DNA from: an uncultured Trueperaceae bacterium
GTDB lineage: Bacteria > Deinococcota > Deinococci > Deinococcales > Trueperaceae
Length of the DNA: 64,000 nucleotides
Direction: 5' to 3'
Assembly (NCBI GenBank): GCA_963815215.1
Contig: CAWFFU010000003.1
Location: forward strand, 96,001 to 160,000
Position numbers and translations under genes: made by a program. Positions 1 to 10,197 of the stretch are shown one piece after another; position 1 is the first letter of the stretch, and the number at the start of each line of letters is the position of its first letter. Under the pieces are notes generated by a model that worked only from the letters and a program-made list of their open reading frames with translations, was not told where the DNA came from and ran no database searches.

Positions 1-80
1 ACACCGATGTGCGCGAACCCGCGTGCGCCCCCACCCGAGAGCACCAGCCCGATCCGCCCGTTGTCGTTCGGCGTCTCCAT
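1..80 (-). CDS. Patatin-like phospholipase, N-terminal part (runs off the window)
   Basis: Manual translation METPNDNGRIGLVLSGGGARGFAHIG matches the patatin glycine-rich LSGGGARG motif; TAGTCT box 7 nt before the ATG. Confidence 0.85.
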   Translation of the reverse strand, partial: METPNDNGRIGLVLSGGGARGFAHIG

Positions 81-170
81 GATGGTGAGACTAGCACGCT
101 GCTATAGGAGCGTCTGTGCCGCCGTAGACGGCGTTCGTCGGTCTGGCCGGCGGTGGCGGTAGACTCCGGC

Positions 171-1361
171 ATGAGCTCCGAAACGCGGGCGGGACGGGTC
201 CGCGCCACCCCGGACCGACCCCCACCGCGGAGGGCGTACGACGTCGCCATCGTGGGCGGTGGCCTGATGGGCGCTGCGACCGCCGCGCTGTTGGGCTGCT
301 GGGCACCGCGACTCGACATCGTGCTCGTCGAGGCCGGTGGGCTCCCGAACGAGGGCGGCGCGACAGTGGCTTCGCCCGGACTGCTGCCACCGGTCGAGGA
401 CGGCGTCGGCGGCGTCCCGCCGGCCTCCTTGCGGTGGGCGCGGCGCTGGCTGGAGGAGGCACTTCCCGAAGCGCCGGGTCCGCGAGGGGGCTGGCTCGAG
501 CTGCTACCCGAGGGAGCCGTCGACGGCCGACCCCTGGAGGGCCTGCTGGCGGCACCGGCGTTGCAGGCAGTCCGCGACCTGACCGGGGTCGCGGCCGATC
601 ACCCGGCCGTCCTGAGCGCGGGCGGCTACGTGAGCGCCGAGGCGCTGGCGTACCGGTTGGCGCAGGAGGCCGTGCGCAAGGGGGCCGATCTGATGCTCAA
701 CACCCGGGCGCGACCTGTGGGCGAGCATGAGCTCGTTCTGGAGCGTCTCGCGTTCGACCGGCGCATGAGGCTGGGCGTGCGGGCGAGCCACCAGATCCGT
801 GCGGACGCCGTGGTCGTGGCGTGTGGAGCGGACGGCGCCGAGGTAGTCGAGGGCGGGCTCGACCGGCCCATGCGACTCGAGGCCATCTACCGGCAGTTCC
901 CTCGGGTGCGGCTGGCGGCGCTCCCGGTCGGCGTCGCACTCCCCGTCGTCGGCGTGGCGGGTTGGCACTTCCGGCCGGCTCCCGGCGGTGCCTGGCTGGT
1001 GCCGCCCGTCGCGACCCCGGACCCGGTGGGATATGCGCCGGTGGGCGGGCGCCTGCTGGGAGTCCCGGTGGGGTTGCGCCGCGAGCTGCTGGACGCGCTG
1101 CTGGAGGCGCCGGAGCTGGCGGCGTTGCTGGCCTCCGGGCACCTGGATCTCGGCAAGACGGTCCGCTCGGTGCGTGGCGCGCGCTGCAGCGCTCCGCCGG
1201 ACGGTCGCCCGGTCGCGCAGCAGGTCGGCGAGCGCTGGTGGCTCCTGGCCGGCTCCGGAGCCGGCCTGCTCCACGACCTGACCGGCGCCGCCGAGGTGGC
1301 CGCTGCGGTCGCGGCGGACGTGGGAGGGCCGCCGCCCCCATGGCCGCCGCCGCAGCGATAG
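171..1361 (+). CDS. FAD-dependent oxidoreductase (DAO/glycine oxidase-like)
   Basis: N-terminal YDVAIVGGGLMG dinucleotide-binding motif and ADAVVVACG; ATG at 171 follows TAGACT by 5 nt. Confidence 0.75.
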   Translation: MSSETRAGRVRATPDRPPPRRAYDVAIVGGGLMGAATAALLGCWAPRLDIVLVEAGGLPNEGGATVASPGLLPPVEDGVGGVPPASLRWARRWLEEALPEAPGPRGGWLELLPEGAVDGRPLEGLLAAPALQAVRDLTGVAADHPAVLSAGGYVSAEALAYRLAQEAVRKGADLMLNTRARPVGEHELVLERLAFDRRMRLGVRASHQIRADAVVVACGADGAEVVEGGLDRPMRLEAIYRQFPRVRLAALPVGVALPVVGVAGWHFRPAPGGAWLVPPVATPDPVGYAPVGGRLLGVPVGLRRELLDALLEAPELAALLASGHLDLGKTVRSVRGARCSAPPDGRPVAQQVGERWWLLAGSGAGLLHDLTGAAEVAAAVAADVGGPPPPWPPPQR

Positions 1362-1383
1362 CGCGACCTCCTCCACCGCGAAC

Positions 1384-1414
1384 GAGGGAGGGCGGCTCGA
1401 AGCCGCCCTCCCTC
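1384..1414. terminator. Hairpin between convergent genes (probable bidirectional terminator)
   Basis: Perfect 14-bp inverted repeat GAGGGAGGGCGGCT-CGA-AGCCGCCCTCCCTC; no strong U tract. Confidence 0.65.
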
Positions 1415-1445
1415 TGTCTTATTGGCCGATCGTTGCCTCAGGCGC

Positions 1446-2759
1446 TCACTGGCCGGCGCCGTTGGAGCCGCCGGAGCCGTTCGAGTTGGGGGTCTGCTGC
1501 ACCACTTCGAGCGTCACGGTGACGGCCCGCGTCTTGCCGTTGCGCTCGACTTGCAGCGCGAGCTTGTCGCCCGCCTTCTTACCGAGCACGATGCGCTGCA
1601 GATCGGTGACGGTCTTGATGCTGGTGCCGTCGGCCGAGAGGATGATGTCGCCGCCGGCGGGGTAGTTCTGGCCGTTGACGTTGGCCTGGTAGGCGGGGCC
1701 CTGCAGTCCGGCCTTGGCGGCGGGACCGCCGGTCGCCACCTGCATCACCACCGCGCCGTGGTCGGGCATGTTGAGCGTCTTGCGTACGTCGGTCGGGAAG
1801 TTGTCGACGCCGATGACCGACACACCGATCCGCGGCTTGTTCTGGATATCGAGAGCCTGGGCGTAGATGCCGATGAGCCCGCCCTTCTTGAGGTCGGGAA
1901 GCGCCTTCTGGATGAGGCTCGAAGGCACCGAGAAGCCGATGCCGATGTTGCCGGCCTGGCCGTTGGCGCTCATCCCGGGGATGATCATCGTGTTGATCCC
2001 CATGACCTGGCCGGCCGAGTCGAGCAGTGGCCCGCCGGAGTTGCCGGGATTGATGGCGGCGTCGGTCTGGATCATCGGGATCTTGACCTGGCCGATCGAA
2101 GGCAGCTCACGTCCCATGGCGGAGATGATGCCTTCGGTCACGGTCGACTGCAGGCCGAAGGGGTTGCCGATGGCGATCGCCTTCTGGCCCACCTTGACCT
2201 GGGCGACGTTGGCCAGCGGGATGGGCTTGGCGCTCGCCGGCAGATCGCCGGGGTTGTCGAGCTGCAGCAGTGCCAGGTCGTAGTCGGGGTCGGCGCCCAC
2301 CACATGCACCGGCAGCTCCTTCTGGCTACCCGGGAAGGTGACCGTCACCTTGGCGCCGCTCAGGAGGTTGACCGATCCCTGCTGCAGGGCATCCTTCACC
2401 ACGTGGTAGTTGGTGATGATCTGGCCCTTGGCGTCGATCACGAACCCCGAGCCGGCCGCCTGGAAGACCTGCGGCTGCTGCGGGAAGAGCTGCTGGAACT
2501 GCGGAGGAACGTTCTGCTGCTGGAAGGGATTGACCCGTTGCCCCTTGACGGTGACGTTGATCGCCACCACGCTGGGGCCGTAGGTGTTGACGATGTTGAC
2601 CGTGTTCTGCTCGTTCTGCAGGAGCGCCGATGGCTGATTCGCGGTCGTTGTGGTGCTCGACTGAGCACTCACCACCGGGAACAGGTTGGCGCCGGCCAGC
2701 ACCAGACCCACAGCGACGATCAGCGTGCCCATGCCGAAGGCAATGCGCTTGCGAAACAA
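1446..2759 (-). CDS. htrA: HtrA/DegP-family (S1C) serine protease with PDZ domain
   Basis: GSGFVID, TNYHVV, DLALL, IQTDAAINPGNSGGPL motifs and a C-terminal PDZ; TTG start at 2759 preceded by AAGGAGG; N-terminal signal/TM segment. Confidence 0.9.
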   Translation of the reverse strand: MFRKRIAFGMGTLIVAVGLVLAGANLFPVVSAQSSTTTTANQPSALLQNEQNTVNIVNTYGPSVVAINVTVKGQRVNPFQQQNVPPQFQQLFPQQPQVFQAAGSGFVIDAKGQIITNYHVVKDALQQGSVNLLSGAKVTVTFPGSQKELPVHVVGADPDYDLALLQLDNPGDLPASAKPIPLANVAQVKVGQKAIAIGNPFGLQSTVTEGIISAMGRELPSIGQVKIPMIQTDAAINPGNSGGPLLDSAGQVMGINTMIIPGMSANGQAGNIGIGFSVPSSLIQKALPDLKKGGLIGIYAQALDIQNKPRIGVSVIGVDNFPTDVRKTLNMPDHGAVVMQVATGGPAAKAGLQGPAYQANVNGQNYPAGGDIILSADGTSIKTVTDLQRIVLGKKAGDKLALQVERNGKTRAVTVTLEVVQQTPNSNGSGGSNGAGQ

Positions 2760-2929
2760 AGTAGTCCTCCTTCCGAAAAGCCGTCCCCCGGCTTCCGGTC
2801 GCGGTGTCTGTCGGACGCGGGATGCGCCTTGGGGGGCGGGCCCGCACAACCCGCCCACATCGCTACTGTACGAGCGCAGGGTTAACGTGAACGGAGACCA
2901 CAATGAACTTCCTGAGGGGGTGGGTCGGT

Positions 2930-3841
2930 TCAGGTCTCGCGACCGCTGCCGGCCCGCTCCAACCAGGCGACGAGCAGCGCACCGGCCACCAGCAACAGCA
3001 CGAGTGCCAGGGTGCCGGAGCTCAGCCAGGGCCAGGTGACATGGCCGTTCGCCGTCACGAAGGGCCAGACCTTGCGCAGGCTGCCGAGCATGAAGCCCGC
3101 CAGGATGGCCAGGGTGATGTCGTGGGCGCGGCGCAGCAGCCAGGCCAGCAGACGCGCGAAGGTGAGGAGCCCCACCACCGCGCCGATCGCCAGCGGCGCC
3201 AGCACCGCCAGATCCACGTGTGTCACCGCCGCCAGCGCCGCGTCGTACTTGCCGAGAAGCACCAGCACGAAGGCGCCGGAGATCCCCGGCAGCATCAGCG
3301 CGCACACCGCCAGTGCCCCGCTGAACAGCAGGAAGGCGGGGGCGTCGGGCGTGACCGCCGGCGTCAGCCCGACCAGCCAGAACGCTCCGACGGCCGCCAG
3401 CACGGCACCCGCGATGCCGCCGACGGTCCAGTGCCCGACGCGGCGCGCTACCAGTCCGGTCGACGCCAGGATCAGCCCGAAGAACAGGGCGTGTACGCCG
3501 CTCGGGTGGTGGGTCAGCAGCCAGTGCATCACCCTGGAGAGCGCCGCCACCGCCGTGGCGATCCCCAGCAGCACCGCCAGCAGGAAGCCACCGTTGGCCA
3601 ACCGGAAGGCCCGCCGCACGCGCAGCCGGCCGAGTGCGGTCAGGAACGGCGTCGACGTCAGCGATCCCAGGCTGGTGATCAGTTCCTGGTAGATGCCCAG
3701 GATCAGGGCCATCGTTCCCCCCGACACGCCGGGGATGAGGTCGGACGTGCCCATGGCGATGCCGCGCAGGTAGAGCCCCAGAGACCGGCTGGCGAGCGAG
3801 CGAGCGGGCTCCGCCGGGGCGGGCGAGGAGGGGCCGGACAT
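2930..3841 (-). CDS. DUF368 membrane protein (undecaprenyl-phosphate translocase family)
   Basis: GIAMGTSDLIPGVSGGTMALILGIY and MLPGISGA repeats typical of DUF368. Confidence 0.88.
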   Translation of the reverse strand: MSGPSSPAPAEPARSLASRSLGLYLRGIAMGTSDLIPGVSGGTMALILGIYQELITSLGSLTSTPFLTALGRLRVRRAFRLANGGFLLAVLLGIATAVAALSRVMHWLLTHHPSGVHALFFGLILASTGLVARRVGHWTVGGIAGAVLAAVGAFWLVGLTPAVTPDAPAFLLFSGALAVCALMLPGISGAFVLVLLGKYDAALAAVTHVDLAVLAPLAIGAVVGLLTFARLLAWLLRRAHDITLAILAGFMLGSLRKVWPFVTANGHVTWPWLSSGTLALVLLLVAGALLVAWLERAGSGRET

Positions 3842-3952
3842 CCGGGTAAGCTACCACGGGCACCGGCGCCCGCGCCGTTTGGGAGGGGGTCCGGTGCGGG
3901 CCAGCGAATGCCCGGCGAATGCGGTAGGCTTAGCTCAGGAAGGGGCCGTGCG

Positions 3953-4240
3953 GTGAGCGAAGGCGAGGTCCAGGAGCGCGTGAGCGAGTTGCTGTCGGGG
4001 ACGGGCGTGAGCCTGCCGCAACTCGACGACCTGGCTGGCCAGCTGTTGTGGCGTATCGGTCGCGTGAACGACGAGGGCCCGGTCACGGTACGCGTGGGCC
4101 TCGCGTCGAGTGCCGGCCTGTTCCACGAGCTGCCTCGACTCCGGACCGCCAGCGACAGCGAGATCGAGGCCGCTGTGCAAGAGAGCACGTTGCGCGTGGA
4201 GTGGGTGGGCGCGCGGCCGCGCGGCCAGGCTGAAAGGTGA
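3953..4240 (+). CDS. DUF3248-like small protein (Deinococcus-Thermus specific)
   Basis: LLWRIG..VRVGLAS...LPRLRTASDSEIEAAVQ..LRVEWV recognised as a DUF3248 pattern; GTG start. Confidence 0.7.
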   Translation: MSEGEVQERVSELLSGTGVSLPQLDDLAGQLLWRIGRVNDEGPVTVRVGLASSAGLFHELPRLRTASDSEIEAAVQESTLRVEWVGARPRGQAER

Positions 4241-4244
4241 ACGT

Positions 4245-4754
4245 GTGGACCTGACGCACGAGGTGAGCTTCGTTCTAGACCTGGACCTCCCCCGCGAGGC
4301 CGCCCGCGACTTCGTGCGCGACGTGCCCCGTTCGTTGTCGCAGGCGACGTTCCTGTCCGATCTCCAGGTGGTGGAGGGCAAGCCCAAGGTGGTGACCGCC
4401 GCGTTGCCGGTCAACGCCGCCTTGTTCGGGCAGCGCGAGCTCCCGTTCCGATCGGAACTCACCTATACCGCCGACGGCGCGTCGTTGAGCGGTCTGCCGC
4501 TCGCCCCCGAGGGTCCGGGCTGGGCCGAGGTGTCGGGCGATGCCCGCGTGCTGGGGGCGGAGCGGGGCTGCCGCGTGGAGTACAGCTTCCGCATCACCAT
4601 CCACCTGGCGCTGCCGGCGCCCGAGAAATGGGGCGGCCGGGCCTTGCTGAGCATGATCGAGTTCACGACCCAGAGCGTACTGAGGGGTGTGATGGGCAGC
4701 TTCCCGGCGGCGGTGCGGGCCGCCGCGCGTGAGGTCGAGGCCGCTTGGGCCTGA
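4245..4754 (+). CDS. DUF3809-like protein (Deinococcus-Thermus specific)
   Basis: ALFGQRELPFRS and EKWGGRAL..M motifs; directly follows the DUF3248 gene. Confidence 0.6.
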   Translation: MDLTHEVSFVLDLDLPREAARDFVRDVPRSLSQATFLSDLQVVEGKPKVVTAALPVNAALFGQRELPFRSELTYTADGASLSGLPLAPEGPGWAEVSGDARVLGAERGCRVEYSFRITIHLALPAPEKWGGRALLSMIEFTTQSVLRGVMGSFPAAVRAAAREVEAAWA

Positions 4755-4770
4755 GGGCAGCCGGCTCCCC

Positions 4771-6132
4771 TCACTTCCCTACGCAGAAGGTAGCGAAGAT
4801 CGCCGCGAGCGTCTCTTCGGCGACGTCGACACGACCGGTGATCCGGCCGAGCGCGTCGAGCGCGTCCTGCAACTCGAGCGATGCGATGTCGGCCGTGCTG
4901 CCGCGGGCGCCCGTCAGATTGGCGCGCACCGCTTCGAGGGCCTGCACGTGCCGCTCGTTGGAGATCCAGAGTTCGGTACCGGCGGCGTCCCCCAGCAAGT
5001 GCTCGCGCACGCGCAGCTTGAGGGACTCGAGCCCTGTGCCCGAGTGCGCCGAGACCGGCAATGCCGGCGTCGGCAGGGCGTCGTCACCCCAGGCTGGGGC
5101 CAGGTCGGCCTTGCTGGCGAGGACCAGCGTCCGCTCCGGCGGCAACTCGCTCAACAGGGTCAGGTCGTCGGGATGCAGGGGCGCGGAGCGGTCGAACAGG
5201 AGCAGGCATAGATCGGACGCATCGGCGATGCTCTTGGCGATCCTCACACCCGACGCCTCGACGGCGTCCTCGGTGGAGCGGATGCCGGCCGTATCGATAG
5301 CGGTCAGCGGGATGCCGCCCAGCGAGAGCGGTGCCTCGAGGTAGTCGCGGGTGGTTCCCGGCGCTTCGCTGACGATGGACCGCTCGAAGCCCAGCAGCGC
5401 GTTGAGCAGGCTCGATTTCCCTGCGTTCGGCCGTCCCAGCAGCGCCAGGCGAGCACCGTGGCGGCTGATCCGGCCCGCTTCGGCGGTGGCCAGGAGCGCC
5501 TCGACCTGCTCCAGGGCGCGGCTCAGGGGCGCGTCCAGTTCTGCCTCCGGGACGCCCTCCTCGGGGTAGTCGAGACTCGCCTGCAGTGCCGCATAGGCCC
5601 GGGTGACGTCGGTCTGGATGCGGTCGAGGCGGGTCCCGAGCGCGCGCGACAGACCCAGGGCGGCGTTACGGCGGGCGCTTTCGGTCTGGGCCTCGACCAG
5701 CTCCATCACGCTCTCGGCCTGGGCGAGGTCGAGGCGGCCGGCCAGGAAGGCGCGCAACGTGAACTCGCCGGGTCCCGCCAGACGGGCGCCGGCCGCCACG
5801 CACAGGTCGAGCACCGCGCGCAGCACCGCCGGACCCCCGTGCGTCTGGAATTCGACCACGTCCTGGGCCGTGTAGGAGTGCGGGGCGCGGAAGCTCAGCA
5901 GCAAGGCCTCGTCCACCAGTTCCTCGTGAGCGGAGTCCCGTGCGTCCACGATCCGCCCACGGACGACCCGCCCCGCCGGGCGCCGGCTCGGGGGCGCGCC
6001 GCGCATGGGCCGGAACAGCCGATCAGCCACCGCGTGGGCCGCCGGCCCCGAGATCCGCACGATGCCGATGGCCGCCGCACCCGGCGCGGTGGCGATGGCG
6101 GCGATGGTGTCGCCGGTGGGCGGCAGTGGCAT
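4771..6132 (-). CDS. mnmE: tRNA modification GTPase MnmE
   Basis: DTIAAIATAPG, GRPNAGKSS, GTTRD, DTAG and C-terminal FCVGK. Confidence 0.97.
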   Translation of the reverse strand: MPLPPTGDTIAAIATAPGAAAIGIVRISGPAAHAVADRLFRPMRGAPPSRRPAGRVVRGRIVDARDSAHEELVDEALLLSFRAPHSYTAQDVVEFQTHGGPAVLRAVLDLCVAAGARLAGPGEFTLRAFLAGRLDLAQAESVMELVEAQTESARRNAALGLSRALGTRLDRIQTDVTRAYAALQASLDYPEEGVPEAELDAPLSRALEQVEALLATAEAGRISRHGARLALLGRPNAGKSSLLNALLGFERSIVSEAPGTTRDYLEAPLSLGGIPLTAIDTAGIRSTEDAVEASGVRIAKSIADASDLCLLLFDRSAPLHPDDLTLLSELPPERTLVLASKADLAPAWGDDALPTPALPVSAHSGTGLESLKLRVREHLLGDAAGTELWISNERHVQALEAVRANLTGARGSTADIASLELQDALDALGRITGRVDVAEETLAAIFATFCVGK

Positions 6133-6133
6133 C

Positions 6134-7432
6134 TCAGGCGCCCGTCGAGAGGTCCTCGAACGCCGCGGCGGCGGCCTCCACGACCGCCGCGACGTCGTTC
6201 GGGCCGTGCGCGTAGGACAGGAACGCCGACTCGAAGGGGCTGGCGGGCCAGTACACGCCGCGGCGCAGCAGGCCGTGGAACCAGCGCGCGAAGCGCTCGC
6301 GGTCGCACGCGGTGGCGGTGGCGTAGTCGGTCACCTCCGAGCCCGTGAAGAAGACGGTGATCATCGATCCGACCCGCTGGATGCGCACGTCCACGCCGGC
6401 CGCGAGCGCCCCCTGCGCGAGCCCCTCCTGCAGCTGCCGGGCGCGCGTCTCCAGCACCTCGTAGACGTCGCCGGCCTCGTCGATGGCGCTCAGCGTGGCG
6501 AGCCCGGCGGCCATGGCCAGCGGGTTGCCGGAGAGGGTGCCGGCCTGGTAGACGGGGCCGAGCGGCGAGACGCGCTCCATGAAGCGCGCCTTGCCGCCGT
6601 AGGCGCCCACCGGCAGCCCCCCGCCGATGATCTTGCCCCAGGCGATCAGGTCGGGGTCTAGACCGTAGCGCTCGACGGCGCCGCCGCGTGCGACGCGGAA
6701 GCCCGTCATCACCTCGTCGACGATCATGGCCGCACCGTGGGCGCGCGTGAGCTCTCGAACGCCTTCCAGGAAGCCGGGTGCGGGCGGAACGACCCCCATG
6801 TTGCCCGCCACGGCCTCCACGATCACCGCGGCGATCGAATCGGAATGGGCGTCGAACAGCGTGCGCACGCTGTCCAGGTCGTTGAAGTCGGCGACCAGTG
6901 TGTCGGCCGCGGTGCCCGCGGGCACGCCGGCGCTGGAGGGCACGCCCGTGGTGAGGGCGCCGGAACCGGCGGCCACCAGCAGGCTGTCGGCGTGGCCATG
7001 ATAGTTGCCCGCGAACTTCACCAGCCGGTCGCGGCCGGTGACGCCTCGAGCCACGCGGATCGCACTCATCGTCGCCTCGGTGCCGGAGTTGACGAAGCGC
7101 ACCCGGTCGGCGACCGGCACGCGTTGCAGGACGGCCTCGGCCAGGATCACCTCGTCCTCGACAGGGGCCCCGAAGGAGGTGCCGAGCGCCAGCGAGCGCT
7201 GCAGGGCGGCCACCACGGCCGGATGCGCGTGCCCCATGAGCAGCGGACCCCACGAGCCCACCATGTCGATGAAGTGATTGCCGTCGACGTCCTCGAGACG
7301 ACAGCCGGCGCCCGCCCGGATGAAGCGTGGCGAGCCGCCCACCGAGCCGAAGGCGCGGACCGGGGAGTTGACGCCGCCGGGGGTGACCCCGCGTGCGCGT
7401 TCGAAGAGGTCGTCCGATCGAGCCGTGTCCAT
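6134..7432 (-). CDS. hemL: Glutamate-1-semialdehyde 2,1-aminomutase
   Basis: PGGVNSPVRAF, NSGTEATMSAIR, DEVMTGFR, GKIIGGGLPVGAYGG, YQAGTLSGNP. Confidence 0.97.
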   Translation of the reverse strand: MDTARSDDLFERARGVTPGGVNSPVRAFGSVGGSPRFIRAGAGCRLEDVDGNHFIDMVGSWGPLLMGHAHPAVVAALQRSLALGTSFGAPVEDEVILAEAVLQRVPVADRVRFVNSGTEATMSAIRVARGVTGRDRLVKFAGNYHGHADSLLVAAGSGALTTGVPSSAGVPAGTAADTLVADFNDLDSVRTLFDAHSDSIAAVIVEAVAGNMGVVPPAPGFLEGVRELTRAHGAAMIVDEVMTGFRVARGGAVERYGLDPDLIAWGKIIGGGLPVGAYGGKARFMERVSPLGPVYQAGTLSGNPLAMAAGLATLSAIDEAGDVYEVLETRARQLQEGLAQGALAAGVDVRIQRVGSMITVFFTGSEVTDYATATACDRERFARWFHGLLRRGVYWPASPFESAFLSYAHGPNDVAAVVEAAAAAFEDLSTGA

Positions 7433-7569
7433 GCGCGTAGAATCGCACGCGCTCCCGCGGGTCGCAACGGGCCCGGGCGACGTGGCCGCCGCTCGCGAGG
7501 GGCTGCTACAATCCCGGGAGGCCGTGCGGGGCGGCGGTGTCGCCCCCGCACGCACGTCGGGAGGAGCGT

Positions 7570-8430
7570 ATGGAGGTCATCCACGTCCTGCAGTCCGTAG
7601 CCAGCCCCGCGCTCGACAGGCTGATGCTGCTGCTCACCGAGCTCGGCTCGGAGCAGGCCTACATCGTGCTGCTACTGATCGCCTACATCGGGGTGGACGC
7701 CGGGTCCGGGCGGCGCCTGGCGGTCTACTTCCTGGCGGGCTTCTATCTCAACGAGCAACTCAAGGCGCTGTTCCACACCCCCCGTCCGTTCACGATCGAG
7801 CCCGGCATCGTCCGTTCGCCGGCCGCGCTGGCCACGGCGCAGGGCAGCGGCTTCCCCTCCGGCCATGCGCAGTCGAGCACGACGTTCTGGGGCCTGGCGG
7901 CGATCTACGGCAGGCGTGCCTGGCTCACCGTCGTCGCCGTGGCGCTGGTGACGCTGGTATCGATCTCGCGCCTGTACCTCGGCGTCCACCTGCCCGTGGA
8001 CATCCTTGGCGGCATCCTGGTGGGGCTGGCGGTGGTGAGCGCCGCGGCGGCGGTCGACCGCCTGCGCCTGGCGCCGCGCCGAAGCAGCGTGCTGCTCGTT
8101 GGGCTGGGCCTTCCGCTCGCCGTCCACCTGTTGCTCCCGACGCCGGATTCGGGGGTGATGATGGGCGCCCTGGCCGCCTTCGTGATCGGTCCGGAACTCT
8201 TCCCGCACAGCACCCGCGGACCCTGGCCGGGGCGCCTGGTTCTGACGGCCCTGGGTGTCGTACTGGTGTTCGCCGTGCAGCTCGGCAGCGGTCTGCTGCT
8301 CGCTGAACCGGTGCGCCACGCACCCCTGGTGGCGTACGTCCGCTACCTTGCGGTCGGGCTCACCGGGACGGTGCTGGTGCCCGCGCTGGGGCGCGGCCTG
8401 CGGCTGACGCCCGCGGCCGCCGGCGCCTGA
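7570..8430 (+). CDS. PAP2-family membrane phosphatase
   Basis: KxxxxxxRP, FPSGH and SRLYLGVH motifs; GAGGAG RBS before ATG 7570. Confidence 0.9.
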   Translation: MEVIHVLQSVASPALDRLMLLLTELGSEQAYIVLLLIAYIGVDAGSGRRLAVYFLAGFYLNEQLKALFHTPRPFTIEPGIVRSPAALATAQGSGFPSGHAQSSTTFWGLAAIYGRRAWLTVVAVALVTLVSISRLYLGVHLPVDILGGILVGLAVVSAAAAVDRLRLAPRRSSVLLVGLGLPLAVHLLLPTPDSGVMMGALAAFVIGPELFPHSTRGPWPGRLVLTALGVVLVFAVQLGSGLLLAEPVRHAPLVAYVRYLAVGLTGTVLVPALGRGLRLTPAAAGA

Positions 8431-8434
8431 GTCC

Positions 8435-9226
8435 GTGCGCCGCGTCCGTCTCACACTCGAGTTCGATGGATCGGCCTTCTACGGCTGGCAGCGCCAGCTC
8501 GCCGGCGAACGGACCGTTCAAGGCGTCGTCGAGGAGGCCCTTGCCCATCTGCCGGGTGAGCACGGCAGCGTGATCGCGGCCGGCCGGACCGACGCGGGCG
8601 TGCACGCGCTGGCCATGGTCGCGCATGTCGATACCGGCTCGTCGATCCCCGACGAGAAGTTGCGGCTCGCCGTGAACGCGCACCTTCCCAGGGACGTGGC
8701 GGTGCTGCGCCTGGAGACGGCCGCCGACGACTTCCATGCCCAGTACGATTGCCGATACCGCCGTTACCTCTACCGCCTGCGCGTGCTACGCGATGATCGA
8801 CGCGGCCTGGCGCTGCAGCGCCGGCGCGTGCTGGCGGTCTTCCGCCACCTCGACGTGGCCGGCATGCAGGCGGCGTGCGAGAGGATGCTGGGCACGCACG
8901 ATTTCAGCACCTTCGCGACCCGCGAGACCCGTAGCCGAGAGCGCACCCTCTACCTGTGCGAGCTGCGCGAGGAAGCCGGCGAGTTGCGCCTGCACGTCGC
9001 CGGCGACGGCTTCCTGCGCGGCATGGTGCGTACCATCGTCGGAACGCTGCTGTGGGTGGGGAAGGGGAAGCTGCGCCCCGACGACATCCCGACGTTGCTG
9101 GCTGCCAGGGACCGCACGCTCGCCGGGCACAACGTGGCCCCGCACGGCCTGTACTTCGTCGAGGCCGGCTACCGCCCGTGGCGCCCGGAGGTGTCCGAGT
9201 CCGCACTGGAAGGGCTCGTACTGTAG
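8435..9226 (+). CDS. truA: tRNA pseudouridine(38-40) synthase
   Basis: FDGSAFYGWQRQ, AGRTDAGVHA, GTHDFSTF, FLRGMVR. Confidence 0.96.
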   Translation: MRRVRLTLEFDGSAFYGWQRQLAGERTVQGVVEEALAHLPGEHGSVIAAGRTDAGVHALAMVAHVDTGSSIPDEKLRLAVNAHLPRDVAVLRLETAADDFHAQYDCRYRRYLYRLRVLRDDRRGLALQRRRVLAVFRHLDVAGMQAACERMLGTHDFSTFATRETRSRERTLYLCELREEAGELRLHVAGDGFLRGMVRTIVGTLLWVGKGKLRPDDIPTLLAARDRTLAGHNVAPHGLYFVEAGYRPWRPEVSESALEGLVL

Positions 9227-9247
9227 CGTCGCGCCTTACAATGGCCC

Positions 9248-9718
9248 ATGCCGTCGAACCACTTCGAGGACGGACACCCGATCATGGTGGACGTGGGCGC
9301 CAAGGCTCCGACCGTGCGCCGCGCGGTGGCCGAGGCCTTCGTGACGCTGCCCCCGCCAGCCGCGAAGTGGCTGGACGAGGGCGTGCCCAAGGGCGACGCA
9401 CTGCAGATCGCGGAGCTCGCGGGCATCATGGCGGCGAAGCGCACGCCCGATCTCGTGCCGCTGGCCCATCCGCTGCCGCTGACATCGGTGAGCGTTCGGT
9501 CCGAGCGCCTCGGCGCGCGCGTTCGCTTCGAGGCGGCATGCGGCACCACGGCGTCCACGGGCGTCGAGATGGAGGCCCTGACGGCCGCTGCGGTGGCGGC
9601 GCTCACCCTCTACGATATGCTCAAGGGAGCCAGCAAGGACATCGTGATCGAGACCGTGAGGCTGCTTCACAAGGAGGGGGGCCGTTCCGGCTCATGGACA
9701 CGCACGCAAGACCGCTAG
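9248..9718 (+). CDS. moaC: Cyclic pyranopterin monophosphate synthase MoaC
   Basis: MVDVGAK, AGIMAAKRT, TGVEMEALTA, YDMLKG, KEGGRSG. Confidence 0.95.
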   Translation: MPSNHFEDGHPIMVDVGAKAPTVRRAVAEAFVTLPPPAAKWLDEGVPKGDALQIAELAGIMAAKRTPDLVPLAHPLPLTSVSVRSERLGARVRFEAACGTTASTGVEMEALTAAAVAALTLYDMLKGASKDIVIETVRLLHKEGGRSGSWTRTQDR

Positions 9719-10197
9719 AGCCGGACGACGCGCCGACCCTCCACGCCATCGACGCGGCCTACGCACAGGCCTTCGGGCTCGAGCCGCGGGCCGGCGAAGC
9801 CAGCCTTCGCTTCTTCGCCCGCACCGGCCACGCCTTCGTGGCGGAGGGGGAGGGCGGCGTGCTGGGGTTCGCGCTGGCGCAGGCCGTGTTCGACGGCGAG
9901 CGTCCTACGCTCTTCGTGAGCCGCCTCGCCAGCCCGCCTCCGGGCGACGACGATACCGTGCGGGCCCTGCTCCGCGCCGTCACCAAGAGCGCCTACGACG
10001 CTGGCGTTTACGACGTGCAGGTGGATCTGCCTGCCGAGGACGTGGTGGCGGCCGCCGCTCTCGCTGCGCAGGACTACCGCCCGGCGGCGCGGTCGGTCTT
10101 CATGCGTCACCTCGGTTCGCGCGCCGACGCCGTAGCGGCCGCCGCTACCGCGCCGCGCGCCGGCGAGAGCGCCAGGCACAGGAGCGATCGTGGCTGA
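9694..10197 (+). CDS. DUF1999-like GNAT-fold protein (Deinococcus-Thermus)
   Basis: SLRFFARTGHAFVAE, GFALAQAV and ALLRAVTKSAYDAGVYDV pattern. Confidence 0.7.
   Translation: MDTHARPLEPDDAPTLHAIDAAYAQAFGLEPRAGEASLRFFARTGHAFVAEGEGGVLGFALAQAVFDGERPTLFVSRLASPPPGDDDTVRALLRAVTKSAYDAGVYDVQVDLPAEDVVAAAALAAQDYRPAARSVFMRHLGSRADAVAAAATAPRAGESARHRSDRG

Noticed and set aside
2881..2908. GTT(C/A)A direct repeats upstream of htrA as response-regulator sites
   Set aside because: Irregular spacing and short motifs; insufficient support.
1446..3863. 805-aa ORF suggesting a long N-terminal extension or fusion on HtrA
   Set aside because: The upstream part is an off-frame shadow of the DUF368 gene; a strong RBS, TTG start and signal peptide place the true start at 2759.
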